A stretch of 64,000 bases of DNA from Isurus oxyrinchus (GCA_026770705.1 JANJGN010000010.1:154628001-154692000), one strand, 5' to 3'; positions 46,875-61,319 are shown, numbered from the stretch's first letter. Translations and numbers: made by a program. Notes: generated from the sequence alone by a model not told the origin.

Positions 46875-49800
46875 GTACTTGCAATTTGGAGGAGCATCAG
46901 TTTCGCTGCGAGGGAGGGAGCGAAGGAGGGAGGGAGGGAAGGTTCGAGGGGGTTGGGATGCAGCATCTAGAGTGAAGGTCGGCTGGGAGAACGGGAGGTG
47001 GTGGAAACCGTGAGGGGGACAAGGGAATGACGATCAAGGGATTAACATTGTGTCAAGACAAAAATATGAAACTGCTGAGGAGGATGACCAGCATTTTGTT
47101 TTTTATTGTTTTATTTCAGATTTCCAGCAGTCGCAGTATTTTGCTTTTGTAAGGGGAAATAAAAACAGGAAGAATGGGCGGGTGCGGAGAGGGAAAGAAA
47201 ACAGTGAGGGAAGAGGAGGGGGAAAGGAGAACAAGTTTCAGTAACCTCAGGGCCCCTTCATAGTTTCCCCCATACAGAAAACACAAACATGACATATATA
47301 TATAAATATATACAGAAAGGGGGCTTATTAGAATGTTTGCACAATGCTGTCGGTATTTATATCGTAACACATCTGCCAACGATGCCTCTAATCTTCTGAC
47401 ACTTATTTAAACACTACAATATTCTGATCCATTGATTGTCTATTATTTCTGCATTACCCCACGCTTGGCTGGGCCCCCTGGGCATAGGCCTGTGAATTAG
47501 TCCATTTCTGATGACATGAGTAATATAGATAATGAACTTCGGTCCAAATCGATTTCTTTTTCAAATTTTTTTTAAAGTTTCATATCCTACATTATGATGG
47601 AAATTCACCTCATTCACCAAAATAACTGGTTTATTCCTGGGCCAAATGATATTATGATCGGAGGGTGGGTTCTTGATTTTTTTAGATGTAGGTTCTGAGT
47701 GTTGTTGCTTGACTAGTCAGGGGCAATACAGTAACGCTAAATCTGTCAAAGCAGCAGCTGGGCAATATTATATTCTCTATTTATCAAAGATATACTTTTT
47801 ATTTCAGTATACAGTAATATGCATCCACAGAATTCCAGTCATTTTGTTGAGTGGTGTGGTGAGTTGGACACATCTCTTTAGCAGCTGCCTGCAATGCAGA
47901 GAAGTTGCCATTGGCACCACTTGTGTAAAAATTAACCTTAGAATTAAACAGGGTGAGATTCTGTTGTGCAATGTCACCATATCATGCATTACGGCAATTG
48001 TGTGAAGTTCTACTGCCGTCAATATGTGTATTTGAAAGGAGTCAACGACTCCTCGGTAAAATAGTGGACAATGGAATTTCACAAATGCTACAAGTTTCTC
48101 TTTATTCCAATCATTTACTCAAACAAAAACAGAATGCATACATAACTTTGCCTGTCACATTAATGTCCATGGAGATAAAGTGAAACAAATAATGTATGTA
48201 ACAAACATATTGTCCATGCTAATGCTGCTAAAACCACAGAATTCTGCAGTTTATATCAAGGGATAAAAGTGCGACATAAAAGGTAAGGTCAGTCAATGGA
48301 AACTTCACAAACAAGTCCTTTGTGAATACATCAGCACTATAGACAAGGAAAATAACTTTCCATTTTTAAGTACAAGGGGCACAAAGTATTTATTCTTTTT
48401 GATTATTAAAAAGACAGTTACAGATTAATAGTAACTATTATTAATATATTAAAATATTCCAAACTACAGAAACCATAGAGGAATGAATACAATACATTAC
48501 AATATTAGCAGAGATTGTTTGGAGAATTATACCATGAAGGAACTTATCAGTATGTGTATGTAGTGCATTAAAAGCTTTACAGCCAGGGTCATAAACTCTT
48601 ATGTTACCAAAGAATCAGCCTTACACAATTTAGGCATTTTGAAAACTTTTTAAAAATTGTAATATCTAGTTTATTAATAAGTGTAGGTCAATCCTTGAAT
48701 TACACTATGGGATACTGCTTAATATTTTCCTAGGAAATTCCTGTCCTGCCATTTAAAATAAACAGTTGTATTATTACCTTGGAATACTGAATAAATGAGT
48801 TTTGCATAAACACATTATAAAACATTCAGATGCTAATGTTCCACAGTGTAATTACAAAGCCTCAACCTTTCATTCAAGATAGATCACTCTTGCTTCAGTA
48901 GAAGAGTCATTCCCCAGCTCCCAACTCAGTTTTATCCTATTCATATTTCTAAATACTGGCAATATCTCCTGCAGATGATCTACTCCTAGAACTTTCTTTG
49001 CTGGTCTTCTGTCATGCAAGACATCAAGAAGATGTACAACAGCAACTCAGGGACAACACTTTTTCAACCTTTCCGCCCCTTTAAGGCAGCTGGTAGTGGA
49101 AACTCAACCATGAAAATTGATATGGTATGGCACCACATGCTGGTGCCCCAACACATGGTGGTTAGAGCACTGCTTAGAAAGGATTGTCTTACCATTATAC
49201 AATGTAAATCTTCTGAGTCGAGCTCTATGATGATCTAGCATTGATCGGGAAATTAAATGACACCAGTGGGTACTCCTGAAGCATCTAGTCTTTTCCAGAA
49301 TGGCTCAATAAATTTATCCAGGCACATCAGGAAAATCCCAAATTCAATTCCCAGAGTGTGCTGAGTTAATTGATTGACCTCAGCCAGAGGAGCAGTAGGG
49401 AAGCTACAATTAAATATGGATGAGGTGGAAAGGGCTGCTATCTGTTGACTCCAGTATGCAGATGTTGTATAGTACACACGATGCCCTACTTCAACATCAC
49501 AATTCACATGTGAGTCATGGCTACTTTGATGAGGTATCTAGAACCAAGCCCTTACAAGGATTCAGTTATTTTGAAAGAGAGAGGGGAAGATGAAGGACTA
49601 AAAAAGTGGAATGGCAAGTTAAAAAAGTATTACTTTTCCTCCAAACTCCCTCCTTACAGCTTATAATTATGGTTTCTTGATTATCAAGGGATAGCCTGGA
49701 CACTATATTAAGACCGCTTAGGCTGTAGTGCATGGTCCTGTTAAACAGACAGCAAAGGGCTCTGAAAAGAGAAATTTGGTAAGCTTTGTGGTGGATCACC

Positions 49801-50193
49801 ACTTATTCTGGTTAGTATAAAAAATACATCACAACAAAATTATATCCCACTTTACAACAGTCACTTCATTGGCTGTAAAGCACATTGCAGTTAACAGTAA
49901 AATGAGGTATCTCATCATACATTAATTCAGTGCAGCTGGAAACTGCTTTCCAGGACAGTGAGGCAATAGAAAGACAGGCAAATCCCCTCTGCAGCAAGCA
50001 AGGTTTCTCATACTATATTTGTCAAGTTTTGTGTTCTGGGTAGTTAAGTCACACTGGAGTTCGTTGGCATTATGGAGAGTCATCCAGATAGCACTATACT
50101 TATATTCTAGCATGGAACGCTGGCTACAGCATGTTTCCAGTCATCATAAGAATTCGAAGGTCCCTGGTTAAAACCACAAGTTGATTACAATTG

Positions 50194-50661
50194 TCATTTG
50201 AATTGATTTACTCGATTCTTTTGTGTAGCTTCTTCAGCTTTACTCCGTCTCCACTCACAAATGTCTGCAAAGTCACAAGACCGACATTTCCACGCTTCCT
50301 CAATATCCACACCCATGGCCTCCCTCTGGCCCTTCCAGAAGGAGCTATAATGCTTCAGCTCACTTTTAACCCACTCCCCTTCAAAGGACACCACTTCTGT
50401 TCCGATCACAGAGGCATCTGCCTGGTAACAGTATTCTATCTTCATGGTGTCGACGCTGGGGATCTCTGCGTAGGTCAGATTTAGCAACATTAAATCCAGA
50501 AGGTCGCCAAATGTGTTTATGGTAAATCCCACCTTCTGAGCATGCACGCGAATCTCTGACCCCAACGGCTGATCCGTCCGTAGGTGAAGATGGTGAGTGA
50601 AGGTGTCCTTGTTCAGTTGGCCTTTGATCATAGCCTCAAAGAGAAGTTTGTATATACTAAC
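50194..50661 (-). CDS. EXO5: EXO5 coding exon 6 (VSIYKLLF...EAWKCRSCDFADICEWR...stop)
   Basis: C-terminal CxxC..C Fe-S ligands; ttttatcaccag acceptor; TGA at 50194. Confidence 0.95.
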   Translation of the reverse strand, partial: VSIYKLLFEAMIKGQLNKDTFTHHLHLRTDQPLGSEIRVHAQKVGFTINTFGDLLDLMLLNLTYAEIPSVDTMKIEYCYQADASVIGTEVVSFEGEWVKSELKHYSSFWKGQREAMGVDIEEAWKCRSCDFADICEWRRSKAEEATQKNRVNQFK

Positions 50662-51785
50662 CTGGTGATAAAAGGGATTAAGTTTTACTTCATGATGGTA
50701 ACACAGAGACAAGATCACTCCAACATCGGTTTGCTATGCATTTCACACTAGAGGTCATCACTGGTTCTCTAGTTTTGTGGCACAGATTGTGCCTAGACTA
50801 TAAAGCATGAAAAACAAACTGACATTACAGCAACCCATAACTTCTTCCCATTTGCACTGTAGTAAGATCAAGCCAAGACGTTTTGTCACTTAATTTGCTG
50901 AATGTGATTTAAACAGAATGCAACAGCACCTAGAAATAAATACTGACATTTATTGTCATTGAAACATCTTGGAGGATTCCACTTTTAAAGAATGCTAGAA
51001 TGTTAAGTGGAGAAACATGGCAACCATTCTGCAGCAGCAGTGTCCAACAAACATAAATGAAAAACTGGTTGAGGGAGGAATATTGATCAGTGTAACAAAA
51101 ATGAAACAGTATTTCAATCAGGTAGCTGTCACATTCAGTAACAATGCTTACATGCTTAAAAGCCAGCAAATGATAGAAATATTATGAGCTTTTTCAATTG
51201 ATTTCTATGGTTACAGGCTTAGAGAGAAACCTAGCCACATTTCAAATACAGGCACAGTGCAAAATGATTCCATTATGTGTGTAATAGCCAATTATTTTCA
51301 AATCCAAGTATCAAGTCATTTGAATCCAACAAGTACTAGCAGCCACTCGATGAATATCAATCCCGAGTGGTGTTTTATCAAACTGAATAGAATCTACATA
51401 GAAAGATACAGTAGAGTAACAAGAAAGGTAGAGGTAGAGGTTACAAGAACGTACATAAAGGTTATCTATACAGCAATACCTCAAGATATAAATTTTTTTG
51501 TTGTTTTCCTTTCAAGGATTTAAATAATAAAATTTACTGTATATATTATACTATTGTTACAGAATGGTATGATATGAGAATTTATCAAACTATTAAGAAA
51601 CCTAAAATGAGGTCTGAGGTGATGCTGCTTTTGAAGAATCATCTTGTGGAAGCAATAAGGTATTTTCTAATAGTTAAACAATTAACAGAGTTCTTTTGTT
51701 TGTTATCTTGACAACGCTTATTTAGGTAAGTGAAGACACTTTTAAAGGCACAGGGAATTGGGAATCATCAGAGATTGATCTAATA

Positions 51786-52248
51786 CTGTGGTTCTCAAGC
51801 TGGGGTCTATTAGAGATTTTCTAGAAAATCTACAAGCAAGCAAATGAGTGGCAGCCAGAGTGAGCTTGGTGCGAGACGGGAGACTGGAGTGGAGTGTGGA
51901 AACCACATGTGTGATGCAGAAGGGGCTGGCTATCTCACCTAGGAGTAAGTGTGCATGGAGGAGCACTGAGTGGCACAAAGTTCACGAGGTAGACCTGCAG
52001 TTACCAAGGCTGCTGATAGGCATCAGAGTTCAGCCTTGTACAAGGGAGGGGAGGTTTTTTTAAAAATATTGAAGTGGACAGACACATCTCATTGATATCT
52101 GCAAGCAAATACTTGTTTTCTTAAAAGCATTTTGAAACACTGTACATGCACAACTTGCATAATCATTTTATAATTCAGATGGGAGACCATAATTATCGAT
52201 ACATTTGAAAAAGGGCCCTTCAACCAATAAGGTTTCAGAACCATTGGC
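51786..52248. mobile_element. Decayed hAT/Charlie-like MITE
   Basis: gtggttctcaa ... tcagaaccattg ends. Confidence 0.4.
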
Positions 52249-52826
52249 TGAACACAGAACAAGAAATATAGAATGGAACCAAAAACAGCAATAAAAGTGA
52301 ATATGTTTCTTTGCCCCGAGATTTTTAATGTCCAACTGAACTACTGGTCCTCACAGATAGCACTTTAGTTTGACATCTCAGCTAATGGCACCTCCACTAA
52401 CACAACAGACTGTGTATTAGACCTTGTCTGTGGATTCGAGTCCTAAGGAGAGGCTTGAACCTAAAACCTTCTGATCCAAAGGCTAGAGGGCTGCCAAGTA
52501 AGCCTGAGGGAAAAGTCCATGAAAATACTTCCATATTTCAAATCCACAATGAAGTGCAAAGGCTCTTTAAACTAAATTGTTAGACTGTAGAGTTAGTGTT
52601 GTGTACATATGACCCTACTGTGCAGTGGTACAAAATGTAATCAATGATCTATATGCTTTACAAATGCAACAGGCTATGTTCGTCCAAAGAGCTTTGGGAA
52701 TGACCAGTCATTTTTGTATGATAGGAAACATTGTGCAAAAGCTTGATGTCAATATTTTAATAAAGCAGCTTAAGTGAGTCAGTGAAAACTTATTCATTCC
52801 AAATGATTCTTGCCCCAGCCACTTAC

Positions 52827-52999
52827 TTGTAAGTGATGACTCTTTTTTTGGGCTGCACTGGGATATGTTCGCTGACCACGAGTTTTCAGTTCACGTAATT
52901 CCAGTTCACCTTTAGAATTATAGCACAGTTCATCAACAACACCAACTACAAAAATCCCCTCCAGCTCTCCAAACACCGGCAGCTCTCGTACACGTTCTC
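52827..52999 (-). CDS. EXO5: EXO5 coding exon 5 (RELPVFG..VGVVDEL..ELKTR..Q, RecB-type nuclease core)
   Basis: Catalytic D..ELK motifs; CAA|gtaagt donor. Confidence 0.95.
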
Positions 53000-53434
53000 C
53001 TATACAACACAGAACCATATCACTTCTTTAGATATACTGTACAGCTGAATGGTCAGCCACAATGACATTCACTACTAAAGCAGTCAGTTAGAGAGTTTGA
53101 GTTCTATCTGGCCCATCACTCAAATCTGACAGCCATTCAGCTAGATTTAGACTATTTGGAGCTGAATGTCTAGGTTGTTCATCTCACCTTGTGAAACTTG
53201 CCACATTCTGAAGAGGCAAACACAGCAGCTTTAAAAAAAAATCACTCTCCATCCAGCAAGTCAGGCAAACTGGGTGATGCTGTGGAAGATGCTACAAACC
53301 AAATTTCCTAGCTTAAGAAGTCTGAGGTGCTTTGTGGCAAAAATAAGAAAAATATTGAACATATTAAAATACTTTATGATGAAAAACAAATCCCCTACCT
53401 TTAACGTAACTACCTGCTAGTGTCTTTTTCATAC

Positions 53435-53539
53435 CTGCTTGCAAGAACTGGATCATTGAGAGAAGATTAAGCATCTTTACAGCCCAGTTATCTTCCCGGC
53501 TCTCTACATTTATTGGGACAATGTCCTGGACCTCCAACT
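53435..53539 (-). CDS. EXO5: EXO5 coding exon 4 ([20 protein letters not shown])
   Basis: 105 nt, phase 1-1, conserved ED.WA motif. Confidence 0.92.
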
Positions 53540-54689
53540 CTAAAACAGAAGAGGCAGAAATACACTTTTATCAACACATCCCCCTCAACACTGTGTATAC
53601 AATACACAACAGAATTAACGCTCCCATGCAAACCATACTGGATAGACACAGGAGTTTGAAAAGCATATAGTTTAAAGGCAGGGATTTCAATCCTAGCCCA
53701 CTTCATTCGGTAAGTGCTCATTCTTAAACTACTATCAGGAGTACTGGTTCAATTAAACCTCAACAGAAGTCTTGTGCCTTCCAAGGCACTGTTACAAGAA
53801 ATTAAAATAAGTGGGTAAATGGTGACTCATTCAGACGCAGAAGATCCAGCTTTTGAATTCTCCTCTAATCAGATTATCATTGGCAAAATAAACTGGAAAA
53901 TATGCAAATGTGGATAGGATTAGGTTTGGCTGTGACACAGTTGACAACAAAGGAACAAGCCAATACTAACTACCTAGGCTTGGAAGTAAACATGATCATT
54001 GAACCCTCAGCACATCAGTGCCTTCAAAAGAAGAGCATAGAGGAGAGAAAACCAAAAACACTAAACGAAAAGTTAACCTACGTATGAACTGCATACCTAG
54101 GAAACCATGGGGAGGGCATGAGAGCACATGAATACAACTATTATTTAGGAATATTCTTGTTTTTTTCTGTAGACCTGATGAGGTTCAGTCAATGCTTCAA
54201 TAGCCTTTGTACTTTGTGGTACCACTGACTGGTACAAGCTTACAAGATTAAGAAACCTGTTGATGCAGAGCACAAGATCGTTTAAATTTAGAACTGAAAA
54301 TTAAAAGTGACACCTGCAAATCTGGAGAGCATATTTATGGAGCTTCATTTTAAAAGAACGTCAACTGCCAACAATTTAATGGTGCTCGTGAAAGTCGACA
54401 TTTTATTTACTTGGAAGTACAGGAAAACTACTTCTCTCCCCCATTCCAATTATTAAAGCTATTTTACTTCTCTATTGATTATCCCAGTGACACCAGCCAA
54501 CTCTTGTCTGGCGGAGCAGGGGTGGAAAAATACATACAATATGAAAGCAGGGTGCTGTGGGTCTGGCTTTTAGGAGCTATGCATGAATGACATTTGCCCT
54601 TACTAGTTTTTTTTTCCTTCTAGGAAGCACCTTATTTCCTGTTTACTGGTTTCCCAAAGGGACTGTGATCTAAAAAGCACAGCATAGGA

Positions 54690-55068
54690 TTACATTGGAT
54701 ATACAACACAACCAGTCCATGCCAGCATTTATGTTGCACTCAAGACTCCTCCCATTTTTCCTCATCTAAATCATCTTAATCCTCTAATCCCTTCTCCCTC
54801 ATGTGCTTGTCTAGCCTCCCCTTAAAAGCATTTACACTATACACTTCAATTACTTGCTGTGGTAGCGAGTTCCACATTCTCACCACACTTTAGGTAAAGA
54901 AGTTTCTTCTAAATTCCCTATTGGATTTCTTGGCGATTTATCTCAAATCGATGTCCAGTCATGCTCTTCCCCACAAGAAGAAACATGCTCTCTGTATCCA
55001 CTCTATCAAAACCTTTCAGAATTTTAAAGAACTCTATTAGGTCACCCCTCAGTCTTCTTTTTTTCAAG
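54690..55068 (-). mobile_element. Decayed CR1/HER1-like 3' end
   Basis: Reverse complement of ctgaggggtgacctaatagag...agaaacttctttacc. Confidence 0.6.
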
Positions 55069-55174
55069 CATGTGGAAACATTGGCACAGATCTGCACCTT
55101 AGCACCATGTGGTTTCTGGCTACTTCACTATGATGCTGGGCCACAAGCAACATTTCATTCCAGTGTAACGTTAC

Positions 55175-55440
55175 CTCTTGCCAGGTGTAGACAGCTACCA
55201 GCTTTCACAACTGGAACTTCATCTCGTAGCTGCTGAATGTGTGGTAGTTCCATCCCATAAACCACTTGCTGCTCGCACCAAGCCTGTCGACTCAGGTCAG
55301 TCACACTCAGGTGCTTTCGCCCAAACCGCTCCAGCGGAATCCTTCCATCGCACTTTCTCCTTTTAGTGCTGCTGCCCTCACACAGTGGGTCACTCTCCTG
55401 CTCCGATACATTCTGTTGATTGGAGGATTGCTCATTTGCA
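55175..55440 (-). CDS. EXO5: EXO5 coding exon 3 (PLERF..LSVTDL..QAWCEQQ..GSCLHLAR)
   Basis: EXO5 motif carrying the first Fe-S cysteine; ctctcccag acceptor, G|gtaacg donor. Confidence 0.93.
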
Positions 55441-55849
55441 CTGGGAGAGAAAGGTTGTTTGCCCAATTTACTTTTCAATGACAGAGACAGAAGAAATTTA
55501 AGCTAAAAACACCTCAGTATCAATTTCTCCTTTTAATGGTAAAACAGGAAATGCCTGTAATTAATGACCCGCTGTCAAAACCAGGGTGGCCTGTGGCTTT
55601 GAAGCATGCAATTACAGGGAATGGATTTTAATTTGTGGATTGTTAAACCTGAAACAGATCTGTTTTTCTCCAAAATAGTCATTTCACCCCAAAAGCATAA
55701 AAGGATTTCACAAGAACTCCCATTGTCAGTGCTAGTGTTTAGTAGGGGCACCATCATCAAGAGTGCATTAAAAAAACATTACTGGAACAGCCCTAAAGAT
55801 AAACACATTGCACGGTGAGATATTCAGCTATAAAAGCCACAGAAGTACA

Positions 55850-56190
55850 ATCTAACCCATGCCTCCAAACCAAGATGAAAGCAATACTTTGTTTCTTACT
55901 ACTACCATTACCACTCCCTTTTGCCTTTTGTTTCATCACACATTTGTAATTTAAGCTCCTCTGCCCTCTAACATGTCCCTGACCTTCCTCTTTGTTCCAC
56001 CTGAACCCTCCACCTGTTTTCAAAAGTATAAAATCCATCACCTTTCTACCTCCCTTCAATCCTGAAGTCATAATTGTACTTTAAACATTAGGTCTGGTTC
56101 TCTCTCCACAGATGCTTCCAGACCTGCTGAATTTCTCCAGAACTTTCTGTTTTTAGTTCAGACCTCCGAACCAAGACTTTGTTATTACAT
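55850..56190 (+). mobile_element. Old Penelope pLTR fragment
   Basis: tctctctccacagatgcttccagacctgctga tail. Confidence 0.55.
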
Positions 56191-56248
56191 TGTACTGCAA
56201 GGATTAGCCACAATAATATCATTAATAGTATTAAATACTAAAAATTAC

Positions 56249-56345
56249 CTACAAGTAACTTCGGCCGTTCCGTGGCCAGTACAGCAAGATTCAGTGGATC
56301 TGCTTGAGGTGTGACCACCGTCTCCTTCACACAGTTCAGGCCTTT
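56249..56345 (-). CDS. EXO5: EXO5 coding exon 2 (poorly conserved linker)
   Basis: catag acceptor, AG|gtaatt donor; 97 nt, open, phase 1-2, exactly bridging exons 1 and 3. Confidence 0.68.
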
Positions 56346-57704
56346 CTATGGATTCAGCAATTAGGCAACAGATCATTAGATATATTTCTGAGAACCACTC
56401 TCTCGCTACATTCTCTTTTCAAATTAATTTAAAATTGCAGTTGTTGTAAAATTGAAAACTAACAATTCTCAGCAGTCTACAAAACAACAAACAACCAAAC
56501 TGCATCATGTCTCAGGAAATGCATTTCTGACGTTATAATCTCACACAGACAACTCAAGAAGGACATTTGGTTTGTTGTGCTTCAAAGCCAACTGCACTCT
56601 CATTCAAGAGTACAACACCCTGATACAGGTAGCATTATGCACAAAGTTTAATGACGATTGAGTAATGCTGTCTATCAATAATCTGACAACCTTAAATGAA
56701 CTCCTGCGCTGCCAATTTTTTCACAAAAATTATCCCAGTATAAATATCTTCCTACTTGGCCATTTATTCCCAATCAACACCACTAAAACAGATGGCCAGG
56801 TCATTCGTCTCATTGCTGTTTGTGGGATTTGCTCTGTGCAAATTGGCTTCCATGCTTCCCTACATTACAAGTGACATTTTGAGAGTACTTCATTGGCTCT
56901 GAAGTGCTTTGAGACCTCCCTGAGACACTATATAAATGCCATTCTTCCTTTTTTTCTTGCAAAGTGTGGCCATTTCCAATTTCTGACTGCATCAAGCTAC
57001 AGCAACTATCGCACGAGTATTCTTCTCTCCTGCAAGCCTCCATGGAATGCCTGCATCTTGAATTAGCTAATCACACCTGCAGCAATGTTAAACATCATGT
57101 TAGGATGGTGGGGGTGGGAATATTAACAAGTAAAAATGTACATAGATGGATATCAGGCTGACTAAACAGGATTTACTGTGGGTTTAATGAGAGGGGGGAA
57201 AAAAACTAAGTGAGATCCAAGTTGTGTGTATATAAAATCCAAACATTTTACCAAACGATAAACCATCAATATTCTTTAAGCTTATTCAGACATGATCAAA
57301 AAACAGTTAGTCCAGACTTTTAACAAGAAAATTTATAACTGTATACAGTTCAACAGGTCAATACTATCAACAACAACTTACTTTATATAGCACCTTTAAT
57401 GTAATGAAATGTCTCAAAGTGCTTCATAAAGCATTAAAGCATAAAATATGACACTATGGAGATATTAGGTGAGATGGCCAAGAGCTTGGTCAAAGAGATA
57501 GGTATTAAAAGGTGTCCTAAAGGAAGAAAACAAGGTTGAGACACAGAGAGATATAGGGAGGGCATTCCAGAGCTTGGGGCCTATGCAATTGAAGACAAAG
57601 CCACCAATTAAACAATAGAACAATTAAAATTGGGGATGCACAAGAGGCCAAAGTTAGAGGAGCGCAGATATCTCAGAGGGTTGTGGGGCTGGAGGAGATT
57701 TCAG

Positions 57705-59542
57705 GTTATTTTTTATTCATTCACGGGATGTGGGCTTCGCTGGCTGGGCCAGCATTTATTGCCCATCCCTAGTTGCCCTTGAGAAGGTGGTGGTGAGCTG
57801 CCTTCTTGAACCACTGCAGTCTATGCGGTGTAGGTACACCCACAGTGCTGTTAAGGAGAGAGTTCCAGGATTTTGACCCAGCGACAGTGCAGATATGATG
57901 ATATAGTTCCGTCAAGGTGGTGAGTGACATGGAGGGGAATTCGCAGTGGTGGTGTTCCTATCTATCTGCTGCCCTTGTCCTTCTAGATGGTGGTGGTTGT
58001 GCATTTGGAAGCTGCTGTCTAAGGAGCCTTGGTGAATTCCTGCAGTGCATCTTGTGGATGGTACACATTGCTGCCACGGCTTCAGTGGTGGAGGGAGTGA
58101 ATGTTTGTGGGTGTGGTGCCAATCAGATGGGCTGCTTTGTCCTGGATGATGTCAAGTTTCTCGAGTGTTGTGGGAGCTGCACTCATCCAAGCAAATAGGG
58201 AGCATTCCATCATACTCCTGACTTGTGCGTTGTAGATTGTGGACAGGCTTTGGGGAGGCAGGAGGTGAGTTACTCGTTGCAGGATTCCTAGTCTCTGACC
58301 TGCTCTCGTAGCCACAATATTTATATGGCTAGTCCAGTTCAGTTGCTGGCCAATGGAACCCCCAGGATGTTGATAGTGGGGGATTCAGTGATGGTAATGC
58401 CATTGAATGTCAAGGGGCAATGATTAGATTCTCTCTTATTGGAGGTGCTCATTGTCTGGCACTTGTGTGGGGTGAATGTTACTTGCCGGTTTGTTAGCCC
58501 AAGCCTGGATATTGTCCAGTTCTTGTTGCATTTGGACATGGACTGCTTCAGTATCTAAGGAGTCACGAATGGTGCTGAACATTGTTCAATCATCAGTGAA
58601 CATCCCACTTCTGACCTTATGATGAAAGGAAGGTCAATGATGAAGCAGCTTAAGATGGTTGGGCCTAGGACACAACCCTGAGGAACTCACGCAGTAATGA
58701 CCTGGAACTGAGATGACTGACCACCAACAACCACAACCATCTTCCTTTGTGCTAGGTATGATTTAGTGGAGAATTTTCCCTGATTCCCATTGACTCCGGT
58801 TTTCCTAGGGCCCCTTGATGCCACACTCGGTCAAATGCGGCCTTGATGTCAAGGGCAGTCACTCTCAATTCACCTCGAGAATTCAGCTCTTTTGTCCATG
58901 TATGAACCAAGACTGTAATGAGGTCAGGAGCTGAGTGGTCCTGGCAGAACCCAAACTGGGCATCAGCACTACCAAGTGCCTTCAACCGTTTCCTGATATC
59001 ACGTGGAGTGAATCAAATTGGCTGAGGACTGGCATCTGTGATGCTGGGGACCTCCTGAGGAGTCCGAGGTGGATCATCCACTTAGCACTGAGGAGTCCGA
59101 GGTGGATCATCCACTTAGCACTTTTGGCTGAAGATTGTAGCAAATGCTTCAGTCTTATCTTTTGCACTGATGTGCTGGGCTCCCTCATCACTTATAGGGA
59201 TATTTGTGGAGCCTCCTCCTCCAGAGAGTTGTTTAATTGTCCACCACCATTCACGACTGGATGTAGCAGGACTACGGAGCTTAGATCTGATCCGTTGGTT
59301 GTAGGATTGCTTAGTTCTGTCTATCACTTACTGCTTATGCTGTTTGGCACACAAGTGGTCCTTTGTTATAGCTTCACCAGGTTGACACCTCATTTTTAGA
59401 TATGCCTGGTGCTGCTCCTAGCATGCTCTCCTGCACTCTTCATTGAGCCAGGGTTGATCCCCTGGCTTGATGGTAATGGTAGAGTGGGGGATATATCAGA
59501 CCACGAGGTTACAGATTTTGTTCAAGTACAATTCTGCTGCTG
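57705..59542 (-). mobile_element. CR1-clade LINE fragment nested in an L2-like fragment (57370-57700 and 59545-59810)
   Basis: ALDIKAAFDRVWHQG; gagatt on both flanks; internal 33-bp tandem duplication at about 59055-59120. Confidence 0.88.
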
Positions 59543-61044
59543 ATGAGATTACAGATATAGATAGGGGTGAGGCAATGAAGGATTTAAAAACGAGGATGAG
59601 AATTTTTAAAATCTAGACGTTGTTTGACCAATGTAGGTCAGTGAGCACAGGGGTGTTAGGGGACACAAGTTGCTGAAGGTAGCAAAGTTTTGGATGAGCT
59701 CAAGTTTATAGAAGGTAGAATGAGGGAGACCTGGCAAGGGTGCATTGGAATAGTTGAGTATAGAGGTGACAAAGGCATGAATGAGGGTTTTAGCAAATGA
59801 GCTGATGCAGAAAACATCCAGCAGAAATATTTTATAACTGCATGGACTTTCCTAACCTACTGCACTGCACACATCAATCAAGATATTTTATACTATTTAA
59901 CTAGTACAGGTTTAAACATATAGAATAGTTTACAGGATGGGGTGGTGTGGAAAGAAAGTATCTTCAAATTAATTATATTTAATCTTCTTCCCACACTTAT
60001 ACTCCTCACCACATTCAAATGAATGTTCGTCATTCCACTAATTTATTTTCTCAAGCGTCACAGATTAGTTGAAAAATAAATAATTTAATTACACGAAAAC
60101 TCTTTAAAGTAAACATATACAGCCCGGCAAATCCAAATTGGTTTCCTGCTCTAAGAAGCCAGTGTTCCTGCTTCTGATCAAAATCCAATGAGTGGACATC
60201 AGGTGAGGACAGTAGTGACCCCTGTGTCTGAATACGCTGAGTTACTTATTTTTCCTTCGCGTTCGTCCATAGATTTTGATGTAAATTGCAGCACCCAACT
60301 GATACTGCCCTTCCTTTCCTCCTACAGTTTTTCCCATGTGACATGAGCTCACCCTAACGATGGTTGATATGAAGGGTTGATCGCCCTTCATATCAACCAA
60401 CTTTTTTTTTGGTTGGTGGGTGGTTTTACAGTCAGATTCCCTTCCTGCTGCTAACCCTCCCAATTTATCCAGATGAAAAGACCAGCCCCGATACACTCTG
60501 GCTTATGTACACCAGTGTTGGGTTCCTCCATGGTGGACATGTCCTGGAGTAGGACTTGAACACGGGCCCCATTGGCTCAGAGATAGGAGAGCTACCCACT
60601 GAAACACTCCAGTTCCCTGCCCAACTGATGTTGACACATTGAATATAGATAATCATAAAGAAAGGCTACTGTGCCAATATGCTAGAGGACAACCAGTATT
60701 CATTCAGGAAACTCAGCAACATATTCAGGAAAAACTAACGACTTGTGGGTTACAAATTGTTATATATTTTTTGTTACATTAGTACTTAAGTAACATCTTT
60801 CATGTTTAAAAAAGAAATCTCAAGCCATTTCCATGAAGGAAACAAACAGTGAATGATAAAGACAGCTTAGGAGCAGCAAAAGTTTAGTCAAAAGATGGAT
60901 GTTTAAAAGGAACTGCACTTATATAGTAACAACACATCCTCAAGATCTCCTAAAACAGACTCTGAATTACTTTTTGAATTGTAGCAACTGCTATTTAATA
61001 GATAAATGTGGTAAATAATTTGGACACAACAAATCCCAACATGG

Positions 61045-61265
61045 CATGTGGTCATCACTGGCAAGGCCAGCATGTGTTGCCCATTCCTGATTGTCCTTGA
61101 GGTGGTGGTGGTGAGCCACCTTGTTGAACCACTGAAATCCATCTGGTGCAGGTACACCCACAATGCTGTTAGGCACAGCAACAGTGAAGGAATGGCAATG
61201 ATATAAATCCAAGTCAGGATTGTGTGTGGCTTGGAGCAGAACTTGCAGGTGATGGCATTTTCATG
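61045..61265 (-). mobile_element. CR1 3' tail fragment
   Basis: Similar to the tail of 10898-11150. Confidence 0.7.
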
Positions 61266-61319
61266 CCACTTAAAATTAATTAAATAGAAAATGCTGGGAA
61301 AACAGCCAGTTAAACTGAA

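Noticed and set aside
46431-47013. Plus-strand ORFs over the tapasin-like promoter
   Set aside because: Antisense frames with no domain; no support for a separate gene
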